Source: a virus (lineage: Duplodnaviria > Caudoviricetes). Taken from it: a DNA stretch of 39,824 bases. Position 1 is the stretch's first letter. The number at the start of each line of letters is the position of its first letter. The notes below the pieces were generated by a model. It made no database searches, had not been told where the DNA came from, and worked only from the letters and a program-made list of their open reading frames with translations. Where the stretch lies: positions 1 through 39,824 of IMG/VR virus record IMGVR_UViG_3300037420_000668; one strand, written 5' to 3'. Position numbers and translations under genes: made by a program. This document shows, in pieces, positions 16,329-25,224 of the stretch.

Positions 16329-17308
16329 GTGATGGACTTCTGGCCATATTCGAGCGTCGGAACTTCGCTTGAAAGGAAGTCAGCAGAGGTCGCGGGGTTG
16401 GTCTCCCATATCCCCATGTATCCGGAGTATCCGAAATCGAGACCGAGCGTGGAAGTGAAGTAGGTGGTTCCGGCAGAGCGCAGCGCCTGCTGGATCTGCG
16501 TCGGAGCGCCGCCGGATTTCTTCGTTCTTGACGCTACGCAGATGCCTTTGAGCACATAGCCGGTGAACGTCGGAACTGGCGTACCAAGATAGGTCTCAAC
16601 CTGTGTAGCGGTGCCCGAGGTGATGCTGTCAGCATCGCTATAGGGAAACTCGTCAATATTGGTGTAGTCGTTGGTCCATGCCGTGTTCGCGCCGTTGCCG
16701 GTCATGACGATGGTGCCGAGCCTGGCTCCTACGGTCGAGGTCGTGCGGACGATGCATTGGCTGACATAGGTCCATTGGCCGGTCCCGCCGACCTGAACAC
16801 CGTAAAAGCGGAAGTTCTTGAGCGAGGTTATCCCGCTTAGGTTTATCGTCCCTGACGAAAGGCGGTGAGTTCCCGAGATATAGGCGTCGATCGATCCTGA
16901 GACAGAATTGACGACGCAATGAAGGTCGAGCGTCTGGAGGACATCGAGCGCGACATTGATGTCAGTGCCCACCACGACCCATGCCGATCCGCTCCAGTAT
17001 TCGCAGCGAAGAAGGACGTCGATGGCATCGTAGCTGAGCCGGATGGACGCAGTGCCGGAACCGTCGTACCAGATAAAAATGACCTGGTAGGCGCTGGTCG
17101 AAAGCCCTGCGCTCCAAAGGTCGCAATGAAGCCAGATGTCGGCGCGAGCGTTAAGAGGCTGCCCCTCAGCGTAACTGGACGACGTGAATATCCTGACCGC
17201 CCCCCGGCAGAATGCGGGGTCGTATTTCCCACTGTCAGCTGCGTCTGTTGCGTTTGCATCTGACGGAATGAACGGCGCGATCTCGCCGCCGGCAAATTCC
17301 GTGCTCAC
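16325..17308 (-). CDS. putative receptor-binding/tail appendage protein (beta-rich)
   Basis: Gly/Ser/Thr/aromatic-rich; follows the head-binding-domain gene. Confidence 0.7.
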   Translation of the reverse strand: MSTEFAGGEIAPFIPSDANATDAADSGKYDPAFCRGAVRIFTSSSYAEGQPLNARADIWLHCDLWSAGLSTSAYQVIFIWYDGSGTASIRLSYDAIDVLLRCEYWSGSAWVVVGTDINVALDVLQTLDLHCVVNSVSGSIDAYISGTHRLSSGTINLSGITSLKNFRFYGVQVGGTGQWTYVSQCIVRTTSTVGARLGTIVMTGNGANTAWTNDYTNIDEFPYSDADSITSGTATQVETYLGTPVPTFTGYVLKGICVASRTKKSGGAPTQIQQALRSAGTTYFTSTLGLDFGYSGYMGIWETNPATSADFLSSEVPTLEYGQKSIT

Positions 17309-17949
17309 GCCGTAAGCCCGATGATGACGCCGGCCATGTCAGCCAGAGAAGTTGATGAGGATGGGGATACCAGTTCAAACCGATCGCCGATGGCGAAGTC
17401 TGTCGCGCTGCTGACCACCGCGAGATTGCCCGAAGTGTCGATGGTCAGAGTTCCGAAGTTGATGCCGTTCTTGCGCATGGCAAATGCGCAGTTCGATCCG
17501 GGAACTGTGCCAACGTGAAAATATGCGGCGGCGGGAAGGTCAGTATCCAGCGATACAGCCAGTCCGAAAATGTGCTTCATCACCACTTGCGAGACGCCAG
17601 GATGATCGCCGAGAAACTGGCAGTGGATCAGGTACGGTTGGCCGGCGTCGACGCTTTCGAGACTTCCCGCCGAAGCGAGGTAGAACACCTGATTTCCAAA
17701 CGCGTCCCGAACACGGATGGAATATTTGCCGTTGGTGAAAATCTGCGCCGGTGAACCAGACCGGTCCGGATAGCCGGCAAGAGTGCGGATGGGCTGGGTT
17801 GCGGGGATCGTCCCGGCCTCATCCCAGTAGACTGTTTGCGGGTTGGTTTGCGGGTCCTGATTCTCGAGCCCAATGTAGATATAGCCGAGCTCAAGCGCGA
17901 GCCCGTCGAGGCCGAGGAAGATCGGATAGGGATTTTTGACTTCCTGCAC
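17305..17949 (-). CDS. tailspike/fibre with P22-type head-binding domain
   Basis: PYPIF...GYIYIG...DP...VYWD...QPIRTLAGYP...YSIRVRD. Confidence 0.8.
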   Translation of the reverse strand: MQEVKNPYPIFLGLDGLALELGYIYIGLENQDPQTNPQTVYWDEAGTIPATQPIRTLAGYPDRSGSPAQIFTNGKYSIRVRDAFGNQVFYLASAGSLESVDAGQPYLIHCQFLGDHPGVSQVVMKHIFGLAVSLDTDLPAAAYFHVGTVPGSNCAFAMRKNGINFGTLTIDTSGNLAVVSSATDFAIGDRFELVSPSSSTSLADMAGVIIGLTA

Positions 17950-17970
17950 TCGCGCCTCCGGTTGAGGGCG

Positions 17971-18008
17971 AGCCTAAGCGGAAGCGTTCAATTGTTCTTA
18001 GTTTCTGA
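17971..18008 (-). promoter_or_regulatory. late promoter motif TCAGAA-N26-TAGGCT
   Basis: Intergenic copy upstream of tailspike gene. Confidence 0.75.
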
Positions 18009-18020
18009 TAAGGCGGAGGA

Positions 18021-18140
18021 GTGCGCTGGTCCGTTCTCGTGTCGCTCGTCTTGCTGGTCGTTTACCTGGCGCCGACGCGATTGATCCGCTTGTCAGGGCT
18101 GGGCCTGCTGCTGCTGATCTTCGCTGTCGGCATCGGGTGA
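18021..18140 (+). CDS. antisense 39 aa membrane peptide, candidate superinfection exclusion
   Basis: MRWSVLVSLVLLVVYLAPTRLIRLSGLGLLLLIFAVGIG; sits in the P22 sieA-equivalent position. Confidence 0.45.
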   Translation: MRWSVLVSLVLLVVYLAPTRLIRLSGLGLLLLIFAVGIG

Positions 18141-20105
18141 TGCAACCGCAGAGCTGACGACATTATCGTTGGCGTGAGCAAGAATGGACTTCTGGAACGC
18201 CATTAGTTCGCCAGCGATGATCGGATTCTTCCTAGCTAGCGCACCGACCCATGGACGTGACCAATAGGAAGTCGCTCCCTTTGCGCTCAGCGGTGTCCCC
18301 GCGATCTTTCGGGCGATGGTTGGCGACGACAGCAGTTTTCCGCCGCCATATTGAAGCGCCATGTCGATCGCACCCAGGACCGGGTTGGCCATAAGAGCCG
18401 GGATCGTGTGGGTTGAGGCAATCACTCCAATCCCGGTCTTCGATGAGTTGGCGAACTTGTTTGATGCTTTCATTCCGGAAAGCACCTTCACAATATCGTT
18501 GATCGCCTCCCGATGCTCTCCGGTGAACAGAATGTTCTTCGCCCGGTCGCTGATCTTGTTCCAGTTGGTGACGAACTCTGCGGGGCTGAAAACAGACCCG
18601 GTGTGATCCTGTTTTCCAGCTGATGCCGTGCCCAGATCGTCAAGCATCGTCGCACGGACGCTCCCGGCCTCTTCCTCAGGCATGGAACGAAGCGCTCTTG
18701 CGAGTTTGATCGGATCCCCGCCCTTGTCGGCTGCGAGCCGCTGCATTGCCTCGAACGCGCTCTGTGCTCCCTTATCCCCGTCTTTGCCGAGGATCATCGA
18801 GACGACATTCTCTATACGGTCCGAGCGAGCGCGGGCATAGTTATTCCACCGGGACCAAGCTCCTTCCGCTTTGGGGCCGTACCCAGCCGCAGTCTGGCGA
18901 ATGTCGTCGCTCAGCGCTCCGTATAGGGAACGAAGCTGACTGATCTGCGCTCCGTCGCTCGCCAGTCCGGGTTGGCCGATAATCTCACCCACACGCGATC
19001 GGAAAGACCGCAGATCGTCCCACGATAGGCCGCCGCCCTGAGGACGGGTGATTGGCTTGCCCGATGCGTCGAGGATGCCAGTAGGCTCTGCTTGCGGAGT
19101 TAGAGCGTCGAGAAACTTGGACACCCTAGGGTCACGGAACGCCTCGGCCAGCTTGGGATTGCTGGCGAACGAATCCGAAAGGTTCGTCAGGGCTGATCTG
19201 GTATTCGAGACGACGGCGGGAGCATCGGCGGGAATTGGTATCTTGCTCTCAAGGTTGTTCAGCGTCTCTGCCGTACTATCCACGAACTGTTTTGCGCCGC
19301 TCTGGGCAGCAAGCCCTGCTCCGGTCTTGTCGGCGACTGATCCTATCGCAGAAGCCGCACGATCAACTGCGGAGGCGGCAGAGGCAGCATTTTTGGCACC
19401 CTGCTCAGCCAAGGGGATGCCGCCAAAGCTCAGACCACTTATAGCCGTCAGGAACTTGGATTTAGTCGCTTTGGGGAGGTCGGCGGGCATGTAATCAATG
19501 CCCTGCCGATCAGCAGCGGCAGCGAAATCCTGATTGAGCGTCTGAGCGGTAGCTTTTGCGGCAACGGGGATCTTGGGAGCCTCGCCCACGATCTTGGCAA
19601 CCACAGCATCGGTCGCTGCAGCCGGGACAGTAGCAGCCCCTCCAACCAACTGACCGAGGAAGCGGTTGACCTTTCCTGAAACCGTGTCTGGTGTCGGTGC
19701 AACGCTTTCAACCGCATCCCCGATTTGCACGGGATTGGCGAGATGGTGCGTGATATTGTTCTGTATCCAGTCTGCGGCTTCGTTGTGCCCCGCAGCGCTA
19801 AGGGCTTGGCTGATCGCATTGGGAATAGCGCTCATCACCTTTCCCACGCCTTCCGCCGCCATATCCGGAAGCGCGGCGGCGCCTTGGGCAATCCCAGCGA
19901 GGTCGTTCTTCGTATTGTCAACGAGCTGCTGAACCACTCCGGGATCTTGGGGAGGAGGAGCTGCTGTCTTGGTCGTGACCGGGTAATTGACAGCGTAATG
20001 CGCGGCCTCGCGCGTCATCGCATCCAGTTGTTCCGGAGTGGCATCGTCCGGAGCCTCGAACTCGTAAACATGGCCGTTCGGTGCCTGGACCTGGAACCGG
20101 CCCAT
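18093..20105 (-). CDS. DNA ejection (internal virion) protein
   Basis: 670 aa Ala-rich helical; third gene of the ejection trio. Confidence 0.75.
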   Translation of the reverse strand: MGRFQVQAPNGHVYEFEAPDDATPEQLDAMTREAAHYAVNYPVTTKTAAPPPQDPGVVQQLVDNTKNDLAGIAQGAAALPDMAAEGVGKVMSAIPNAISQALSAAGHNEAADWIQNNITHHLANPVQIGDAVESVAPTPDTVSGKVNRFLGQLVGGAATVPAAATDAVVAKIVGEAPKIPVAAKATAQTLNQDFAAAADRQGIDYMPADLPKATKSKFLTAISGLSFGGIPLAEQGAKNAASAASAVDRAASAIGSVADKTGAGLAAQSGAKQFVDSTAETLNNLESKIPIPADAPAVVSNTRSALTNLSDSFASNPKLAEAFRDPRVSKFLDALTPQAEPTGILDASGKPITRPQGGGLSWDDLRSFRSRVGEIIGQPGLASDGAQISQLRSLYGALSDDIRQTAAGYGPKAEGAWSRWNNYARARSDRIENVVSMILGKDGDKGAQSAFEAMQRLAADKGGDPIKLARALRSMPEEEAGSVRATMLDDLGTASAGKQDHTGSVFSPAEFVTNWNKISDRAKNILFTGEHREAINDIVKVLSGMKASNKFANSSKTGIGVIASTHTIPALMANPVLGAIDMALQYGGGKLLSSPTIARKIAGTPLSAKGATSYWSRPWVGALARKNPIIAGELMAFQKSILAHANDNVVSSAVASPDADSEDQQQQAQP

Positions 20106-22210
20106 TACTGGACCCTGCGGACCTTCAGCCCGCTAGGAAGCGTCACCCATCCCCCGGTTGCGTCGGATGGATTGTTGGTATCCGCGCCGGCATTGGTAAG
20201 GCTCAAGTCGACGCCGCCAATCTTCTTGTAGATCTGCTGTGCCTTGGGCGAGACCCACGGGATATTCGGACGCGCGGAGCCATTGGTGAACGCACTGTTG
20301 TACTGGTCCTTGAGCGGGTCGACGGAGCCGGAAATGATGCCGACCGCCGCCCGAATTGCAGCCTGGCGCGTCGGCAGCGATTGCTTGCGGCTGAGGTTCG
20401 AGATGATCTCATTGACGCCCTGCACCGTGCCGGGGCTGTTCCGCGCGATCTTTTCGAGTTCGCCAGCGATGAACTGAACCTCGGTGTCGTACGCCTTTGC
20501 ATCTGCGGGCTGAAACGCCTGCCCCGTCGTCGCCAGCGCTGTGTTGAGAGGTCCGAAGCCAGTATCCGGACCGACAAGGCGATTGGACTCCTTCCACAGC
20601 AGCTCGAGATGGTTCGCGACACGATTTACTGAGCCGATTGTCTGCGCGGCCTTTCCGTTGCCGGTGAACGCGGTGATCGCGGCCTTGCGCGCCGGAGCAC
20701 TCGCCGCGTCGAATGTCGGATCATATTGCGAGGTCAGCTGGAGCATGTTCTGCCAGTAGGGCTTGGCGAGGGCAAAGCTCGACGGCATCGGCAGTCTGCC
20801 TTCGGCAAGGGCCTTGACCTGAGAAGCGATGTTCGCGGGCAGCTTGGCGAGCACGGTCGGTCCCGTCTCGTTGGGCTGAATGCCGTATTGCGTTAGGGCG
20901 TTGTCCGAACTGGTGTCTTGCGGCCCTCCAGGGATTGGGCGAATGCGTCCAGGATGCGCCGGGTCGGGTTCGTACCCAGACGGGATTTTGTCCTTGGCCT
21001 CGCCGGGGATCAGGACGTGATACCCAGCGGGAGCCGATGCATCGGGAGTCGCTCCCATAGGAGTTGCACCCGATGCGATCGCGGTGTTTCCGGCATCTCG
21101 GTTCGCCCATGCTTTGGCGTATTTCGCGGCGGCGGGATTGGTCTTGGCGAGCTTGGTGAAATATCCATCCGCCAATTGCATGAACTGCTGCGGGTCTTCG
21201 TTCGACTGCGCGAGGAATCGCTTCGCAGCACCGGGATTGCGGATATACACATCGAAGTACGGTGCTTGGAGATTGGCTGGCAAATTCTCGGCACCGCTCT
21301 GCGGCCAGTATTTGGACGCATAGACCTGGATGGCCTGATCCTTGGTCATGTTTTTGAAGTTGGCCGGCGTAATGCCCATTTTCTGGAGCACCGCCGCATT
21401 GGCCTTGTAATTGATGCCGAAGTTCGTCGGCGAGCCATTCATGTCCTTGGGGTTATAGCCTCCCTCATTACCGAGGACGTGACTGATCGAGGCTTGCATG
21501 CCGCCGCTGGCAGCTGCCGACGAAGGCGTTGCATCGGTCGGAAGGGTGCCGTTCTTTTCGTAGATGGCGCCGTTTTCGCCCTTCAGGAATGGCGAAGTGG
21601 CAACCACGTTTCCTTCACGATCCAGGCGAGCCTCGCCCGGCCCAAGCGTGTACTGACCGCCGTTGAGGCTATCCAGTGTCGGACCGATCTTGTCCGGACC
21701 AACGGCATTGGCGAGGACGAACCCGGCGATACCCTGAGCCTGCTTGATCTTGGCCGGGTCGCCAGATTCGATCATGTCGATGATGCTGTCAGTAACCTTG
21801 TCGTCGCCGCCACTGTTCTTCATCGCGGTTTGGCGGTCCTTCAGCAGCGACAGGGCCAAATCCGAGCGTCCGTTTTGCAGCGCGGAATAAACCTGCGAGG
21901 CCGCCGATACATCGCGGGTCTTTTCCTGCTCGCTGGCCGTGCTCCATGCATCCTTGAGACCCTCGTGCATCTCAGGATATTTGAGCATCAGCGCCCGGTA
22001 GCCTTCGGGTGAAGGGTTCTGGATGACCTCAGCGGCGTCCTGCCGATATTGCTGGGCCTGCTGGATTTTCTGGAAATAGGCGGCCTGCTGGAGCTTGGCC
22101 TGTTGCAGCTCGGCGTTCTGCTGCTGCTGCTGCATATCCAGCGCCTGCTGCCGCTGAAGCGGGGCGATGAACTGCCCGTAATAATCGGGAGGGGTTTGCA
22201 GCTCGAACAC
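20105..22210 (-). CDS. DNA ejection protein with internal GH108-like muramidase domain
   Basis: Gln-rich N-terminus; VLGNEGGY...TNFGI...MTKDQAIQVYASKYW. Confidence 0.8.
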   Translation of the reverse strand: MFELQTPPDYYGQFIAPLQRQQALDMQQQQQNAELQQAKLQQAAYFQKIQQAQQYRQDAAEVIQNPSPEGYRALMLKYPEMHEGLKDAWSTASEQEKTRDVSAASQVYSALQNGRSDLALSLLKDRQTAMKNSGGDDKVTDSIIDMIESGDPAKIKQAQGIAGFVLANAVGPDKIGPTLDSLNGGQYTLGPGEARLDREGNVVATSPFLKGENGAIYEKNGTLPTDATPSSAAASGGMQASISHVLGNEGGYNPKDMNGSPTNFGINYKANAAVLQKMGITPANFKNMTKDQAIQVYASKYWPQSGAENLPANLQAPYFDVYIRNPGAAKRFLAQSNEDPQQFMQLADGYFTKLAKTNPAAAKYAKAWANRDAGNTAIASGATPMGATPDASAPAGYHVLIPGEAKDKIPSGYEPDPAHPGRIRPIPGGPQDTSSDNALTQYGIQPNETGPTVLAKLPANIASQVKALAEGRLPMPSSFALAKPYWQNMLQLTSQYDPTFDAASAPARKAAITAFTGNGKAAQTIGSVNRVANHLELLWKESNRLVGPDTGFGPLNTALATTGQAFQPADAKAYDTEVQFIAGELEKIARNSPGTVQGVNEIISNLSRKQSLPTRQAAIRAAVGIISGSVDPLKDQYNSAFTNGSARPNIPWVSPKAQQIYKKIGGVDLSLTNAGADTNNPSDATGGWVTLPSGLKVRRVQ

Positions 22211-22936
22211 CTAGAACCCGCCCGGAACGGTCGAGAGCGGCTGAACGCTGGAAACAGGCATCGTATAGCCGGGCATGAACGGCGCTCCCAAGCCAGAACC
22301 CCCGCCTCCACTTCCGAAGAGGCCGGGAGTCTGGAGAAAGCCCGCGATGCTCCCGAGGCCCGAGGTAAGCGCCGACGCATTCCCAAGCAGTCCTCCGGCT
22401 CGTGCCGCACCTTGACTCCCAAGAAGCTGGGAAATCGCGTTCGCGGTATTGGCTCCGAACCCGCCGAGCTGCGCTCCGGTAGCTGCGCCGGCTCCAGAAA
22501 GTGCCCCGAGCCGTGAATATTGCTGGTCGATAAGCTGGGCGAGGAGGTCGGCGCGATTGTTGTAGAGCGAGCTTTGCACATTACCGCCGCGAAGACCCCC
22601 CGTGGCCGAAGCGTTCTGGAGTATCGCCTGTTCTCCCTGCCTGTTGAGGGAAGCGAACATTGGCGAGTTCTGGATCGCATCTATGGCCGACTGTTGAGAC
22701 GTTCCACCATGCAATCCGAGGAGGTCCAGTTCCCCGCCTAGCCCAGACTGGCCGGCCTGTAGCCAAGGCAATAGATCGGAACGGGTCTGGTCGTATTCAC
22801 GCTGCTGTTCGTTAATGCCAGCGCTCGCGGCATCGCTCTGGGCATTGGCGGCCTTGCTCGCCGCATGGCCTCCGATGATGGCCGAGCCGAGACCCGCCGC
22901 CGCCGTAATTCCTGCCGCAACGACTACTGGAGGCAT
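22211..22936 (-). CDS. DNA ejection protein, P22 gp7-like
   Basis: GSAIIGGHAASKAANAQ...LQNASATGGLRGGN; start ATG 22936 after GGAAG. Confidence 0.8.
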   Translation of the reverse strand: MPPVVVAAGITAAAGLGSAIIGGHAASKAANAQSDAASAGINEQQREYDQTRSDLLPWLQAGQSGLGGELDLLGLHGGTSQQSAIDAIQNSPMFASLNRQGEQAILQNASATGGLRGGNVQSSLYNNRADLLAQLIDQQYSRLGALSGAGAATGAQLGGFGANTANAISQLLGSQGAARAGGLLGNASALTSGLGSIAGFLQTPGLFGSGGGGSGLGAPFMPGYTMPVSSVQPLSTVPGGF

Positions 22937-23382
22937 GGCTTCTTCCATTGATAGAGGTCGTAGGGAACCGGGCCTTGGCCGATGTCGAGGACATGCTGCC
23001 CGCAACGGGTGAAACCGGCTGTTCGGGTGTAATGGCGGAGTCCGTGAGCGTCCTTGGCCACGCGAGCCCACAAGCGCTCCATCCCGCGTTCGAGCATGTA
23101 GGAAATGCCGAGCGTGGCCATCCGGTAGGCTGCGCGTCCCCGACCTTCGGGAAGCACCATGATATGGACTTCGTAGGTCTGAGGAGCTGACCACCCGAAC
23201 AGGAAGGCTCCTTTGTCCCATGCAACCGCTAGGTTGTGGCGATCATTGACGAATGGGCCTAGGTCGATGAACGACTTTCCATCACCGCCACAAGTCGGGC
23301 GAATCTCCGGATGATTGGCGAGCACGTTCAGCCGCTCAACGTCGAATGTCCGAAACAGTGACGGGGCCGCGTCGAAAGGCAT
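22924..23382 (-). CDS. GNAT-fold protein (P22 gp14-like position)
   Basis: YEVHIMVLPEGRGR...AGF. Confidence 0.7.
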   Translation of the reverse strand: MPFDAAPSLFRTFDVERLNVLANHPEIRPTCGGDGKSFIDLGPFVNDRHNLAVAWDKGAFLFGWSAPQTYEVHIMVLPEGRGRAAYRMATLGISYMLERGMERLWARVAKDAHGLRHYTRTAGFTRCGQHVLDIGQGPVPYDLYQWKKPCLQ

Positions 23383-23388
23383 TGCCCA

Positions 23389-23426
23389 TGGCTAACAGCC
23401 GCGCGCGGGATCAGTGTAAATTCTGA
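23389..23426 (-). promoter_or_regulatory. late promoter motif TCAGAA-N26-TAGCCA, leaderless
   Basis: ATG 6 nt after the -10-like box. Confidence 0.7.
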
Positions 23427-23521
23427 AGCATCACCTTGGTAGCCGCGTTCATCAGATCGACGGTCTGGATGACGGCGCACGTTCCGACAGTGAGACTGAG
23501 CAACAGTAGGACGTGCTTCAT
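23411..23521 (-). CDS. 36 aa hydrophobic peptide
   Basis: MKHVLLLLSLTVGTCAVIQTVDLMNAATKVMLQNLH. Confidence 0.35.
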   Translation of the reverse strand: MKHVLLLLSLTVGTCAVIQTVDLMNAATKVMLQNLH

Positions 23522-23600
23522 GGCCTACCCACTAAGTCTGAATGCTTGGCTGCGCATTTAATTTGCGTTAAGTTGAGTCGATTGCGCGACAGGAGGGGTT

Positions 23601-23705
23601 ATGCGCCTCAGGTGGGCTTATCCGGTGATCGGGTTGCTGATCGTTTTTGGGGTCATCGAATTGGCGAGAAGCTGGCCGCCTCCGTGGCTGGGGCTAGTCT
23701 ACTAA
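23601..23705 (+). CDS. 34 aa antisense membrane peptide
   Basis: Strong AGGAGG RBS; MRLRWAYPVIGLLIVFGVIELARSWPPPWLGLVY. Confidence 0.55.
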   Translation: MRLRWAYPVIGLLIVFGVIELARSWPPPWLGLVY

Positions 23706-24244
23706 GCGACCTCGATTAGCGTTACAAAACAGTGCTGGGGGTCGGTACTATAGCCACTGGCGATAGTGGTTGACCCATCGGCGCCGGACTTGAAGCCGAT
23801 CGAGGTTCCCGCGAGTGAATTGTGACTCGCGAAGTTGGATCCTGTCCCCATGTCAGCACCGATGATGAGGTCATGCGTGCCATCGTAGGCGATCGAGAAG
23901 GGATCGCTGGTAATGCTGGCAGGGGCCGTGATGCTAAATCCGGCACTCCCGCCGTTCCAGAATACCTGGACCGGAGCACTCGAATAATCCCAGGTTCCCG
24001 ATCCTCTGGTGTTGCAATAGCAGTGGTTGAACACGAGGACTGCCCCAGCGCCGTTAAAGACCGTAAAGGTAATCCGCATCTGTGTTGCGGACATGTCGGT
24101 CAGCAGGGAGGCGGCAATCGCATTGCGCATGGTGAACCCGGCCCAACCTCCCTCATGGTCGTTGGGAGTCATTGAAAAGACGGTCGTCCATGCTGTGGCA
24201 CCAGAATGGTTTAGCCCTAGGCGGCGGGTCAGAGCGCCGGCCAT
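23702..24244 (-). CDS. putative adhesin domain (paralog of 27380..27946)
   Basis: TGATG-coupled to upstream fibre gene; shared motifs with paralog. Confidence 0.7.
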   Translation of the reverse strand: MAGALTRRLGLNHSGATAWTTVFSMTPNDHEGGWAGFTMRNAIAASLLTDMSATQMRITFTVFNGAGAVLVFNHCYCNTRGSGTWDYSSAPVQVFWNGGSAGFSITAPASITSDPFSIAYDGTHDLIIGADMGTGSNFASHNSLAGTSIGFKSGADGSTTIASGYSTDPQHCFVTLIEVA

Positions 24245-25224
24245 CAGGTAATCCCGTCCCCGGTGAGCCGCCATGTCGTGGATGCGACCTTAATGGCAGA
24301 CGCGGTTCCATTGGCCGCGAGGGTTCGTGATCCTGTCCCGGATCCCCAACGCAGCGTGTCAGACGTAATGGCGAGGGTGACGTTCCCTCCGCCGTTTTCA
24401 TTGATAAAGGTGAGGATGGTCCCGATCGGATAAGCAACATTCGCGTTGCTATCGATCGTCCATGTGTGGGCCGATCCTGACGTGTGGTAGAGCGTCTTGC
24501 CCGCGTCCGACATGACGGTCGTATAAGCGCCGTTCTGCGTATTGATCGGCGAGCCTAAATAGCCGACTGCCGTTGTGGTGGGCGTCGTTTCCGGCGTGAC
24601 ATCGGCTCCGCCTGAAAGAGTTTGCTTGGCGCTAAAGGTATTTGCCGCGCCGGTGGCGGCAGCGCCGATCGTGTTATAGCTGATTGTCTTTGCAGCCGAG
24701 CCGTCGAACGTCGATCCGGAAGCCGCACCGGATCCTCCGTTATTCATCGTCAGCGCATTCGCAGTGGTGGCCCCGGTAACGCTGATCGCCACATTGGAGG
24801 CCGACGTGAGCCTACCCTGTGCATCAACGGTGAACGAGGCGATATGGCTAGCATCGCCATAGGAACCCGCCGTGACAGACGTGTTCTTGAGATCCGCCGT
24901 AATCAGGCCGGTTGCGTCGACATAAGTGAAATCAATTGTCGCGGTGTCGGTGAGAGACGCGCCGATAACGTCCTGGATGCGCTCGGTTTCAGCCGTGATA
25001 TTGATGCCGAGCGTCCGGTCGGCGGAGAGATCTCCTCCACCGGTCAGCGTTCCGTCCGTGAGAACTTGCCTGCTCTCGTCTACCTTGGCGAACAGAAGGC
25101 TCGGCAATTGCTCGCGAACCATTCGAATGAAGGCTTCAATATCCCTTACAGTGCGCGGATCCTTGACGAACGAAGCGATCTGCTCACGGGTGATATTGAA
25201 GGTCGGTGTGGCTGTCTCAGCCAT
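24244..25224 (-). CDS. tail fibre/needle-like protein
   Basis: Follows gp10-like gene; fibre motifs LTGGGDLSADRT, TVDAQGRLT, FDGSAAKTISY; C-terminal beta domain. Confidence 0.75.
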   Translation of the reverse strand: MAETATPTFNITREQIASFVKDPRTVRDIEAFIRMVREQLPSLLFAKVDESRQVLTDGTLTGGGDLSADRTLGINITAETERIQDVIGASLTDTATIDFTYVDATGLITADLKNTSVTAGSYGDASHIASFTVDAQGRLTSASNVAISVTGATTANALTMNNGGSGAASGSTFDGSAAKTISYNTIGAAATGAANTFSAKQTLSGGADVTPETTPTTTAVGYLGSPINTQNGAYTTVMSDAGKTLYHTSGSAHTWTIDSNANVAYPIGTILTFINENGGGNVTLAITSDTLRWGSGTGSRTLAANGTASAIKVASTTWRLTGDGIT

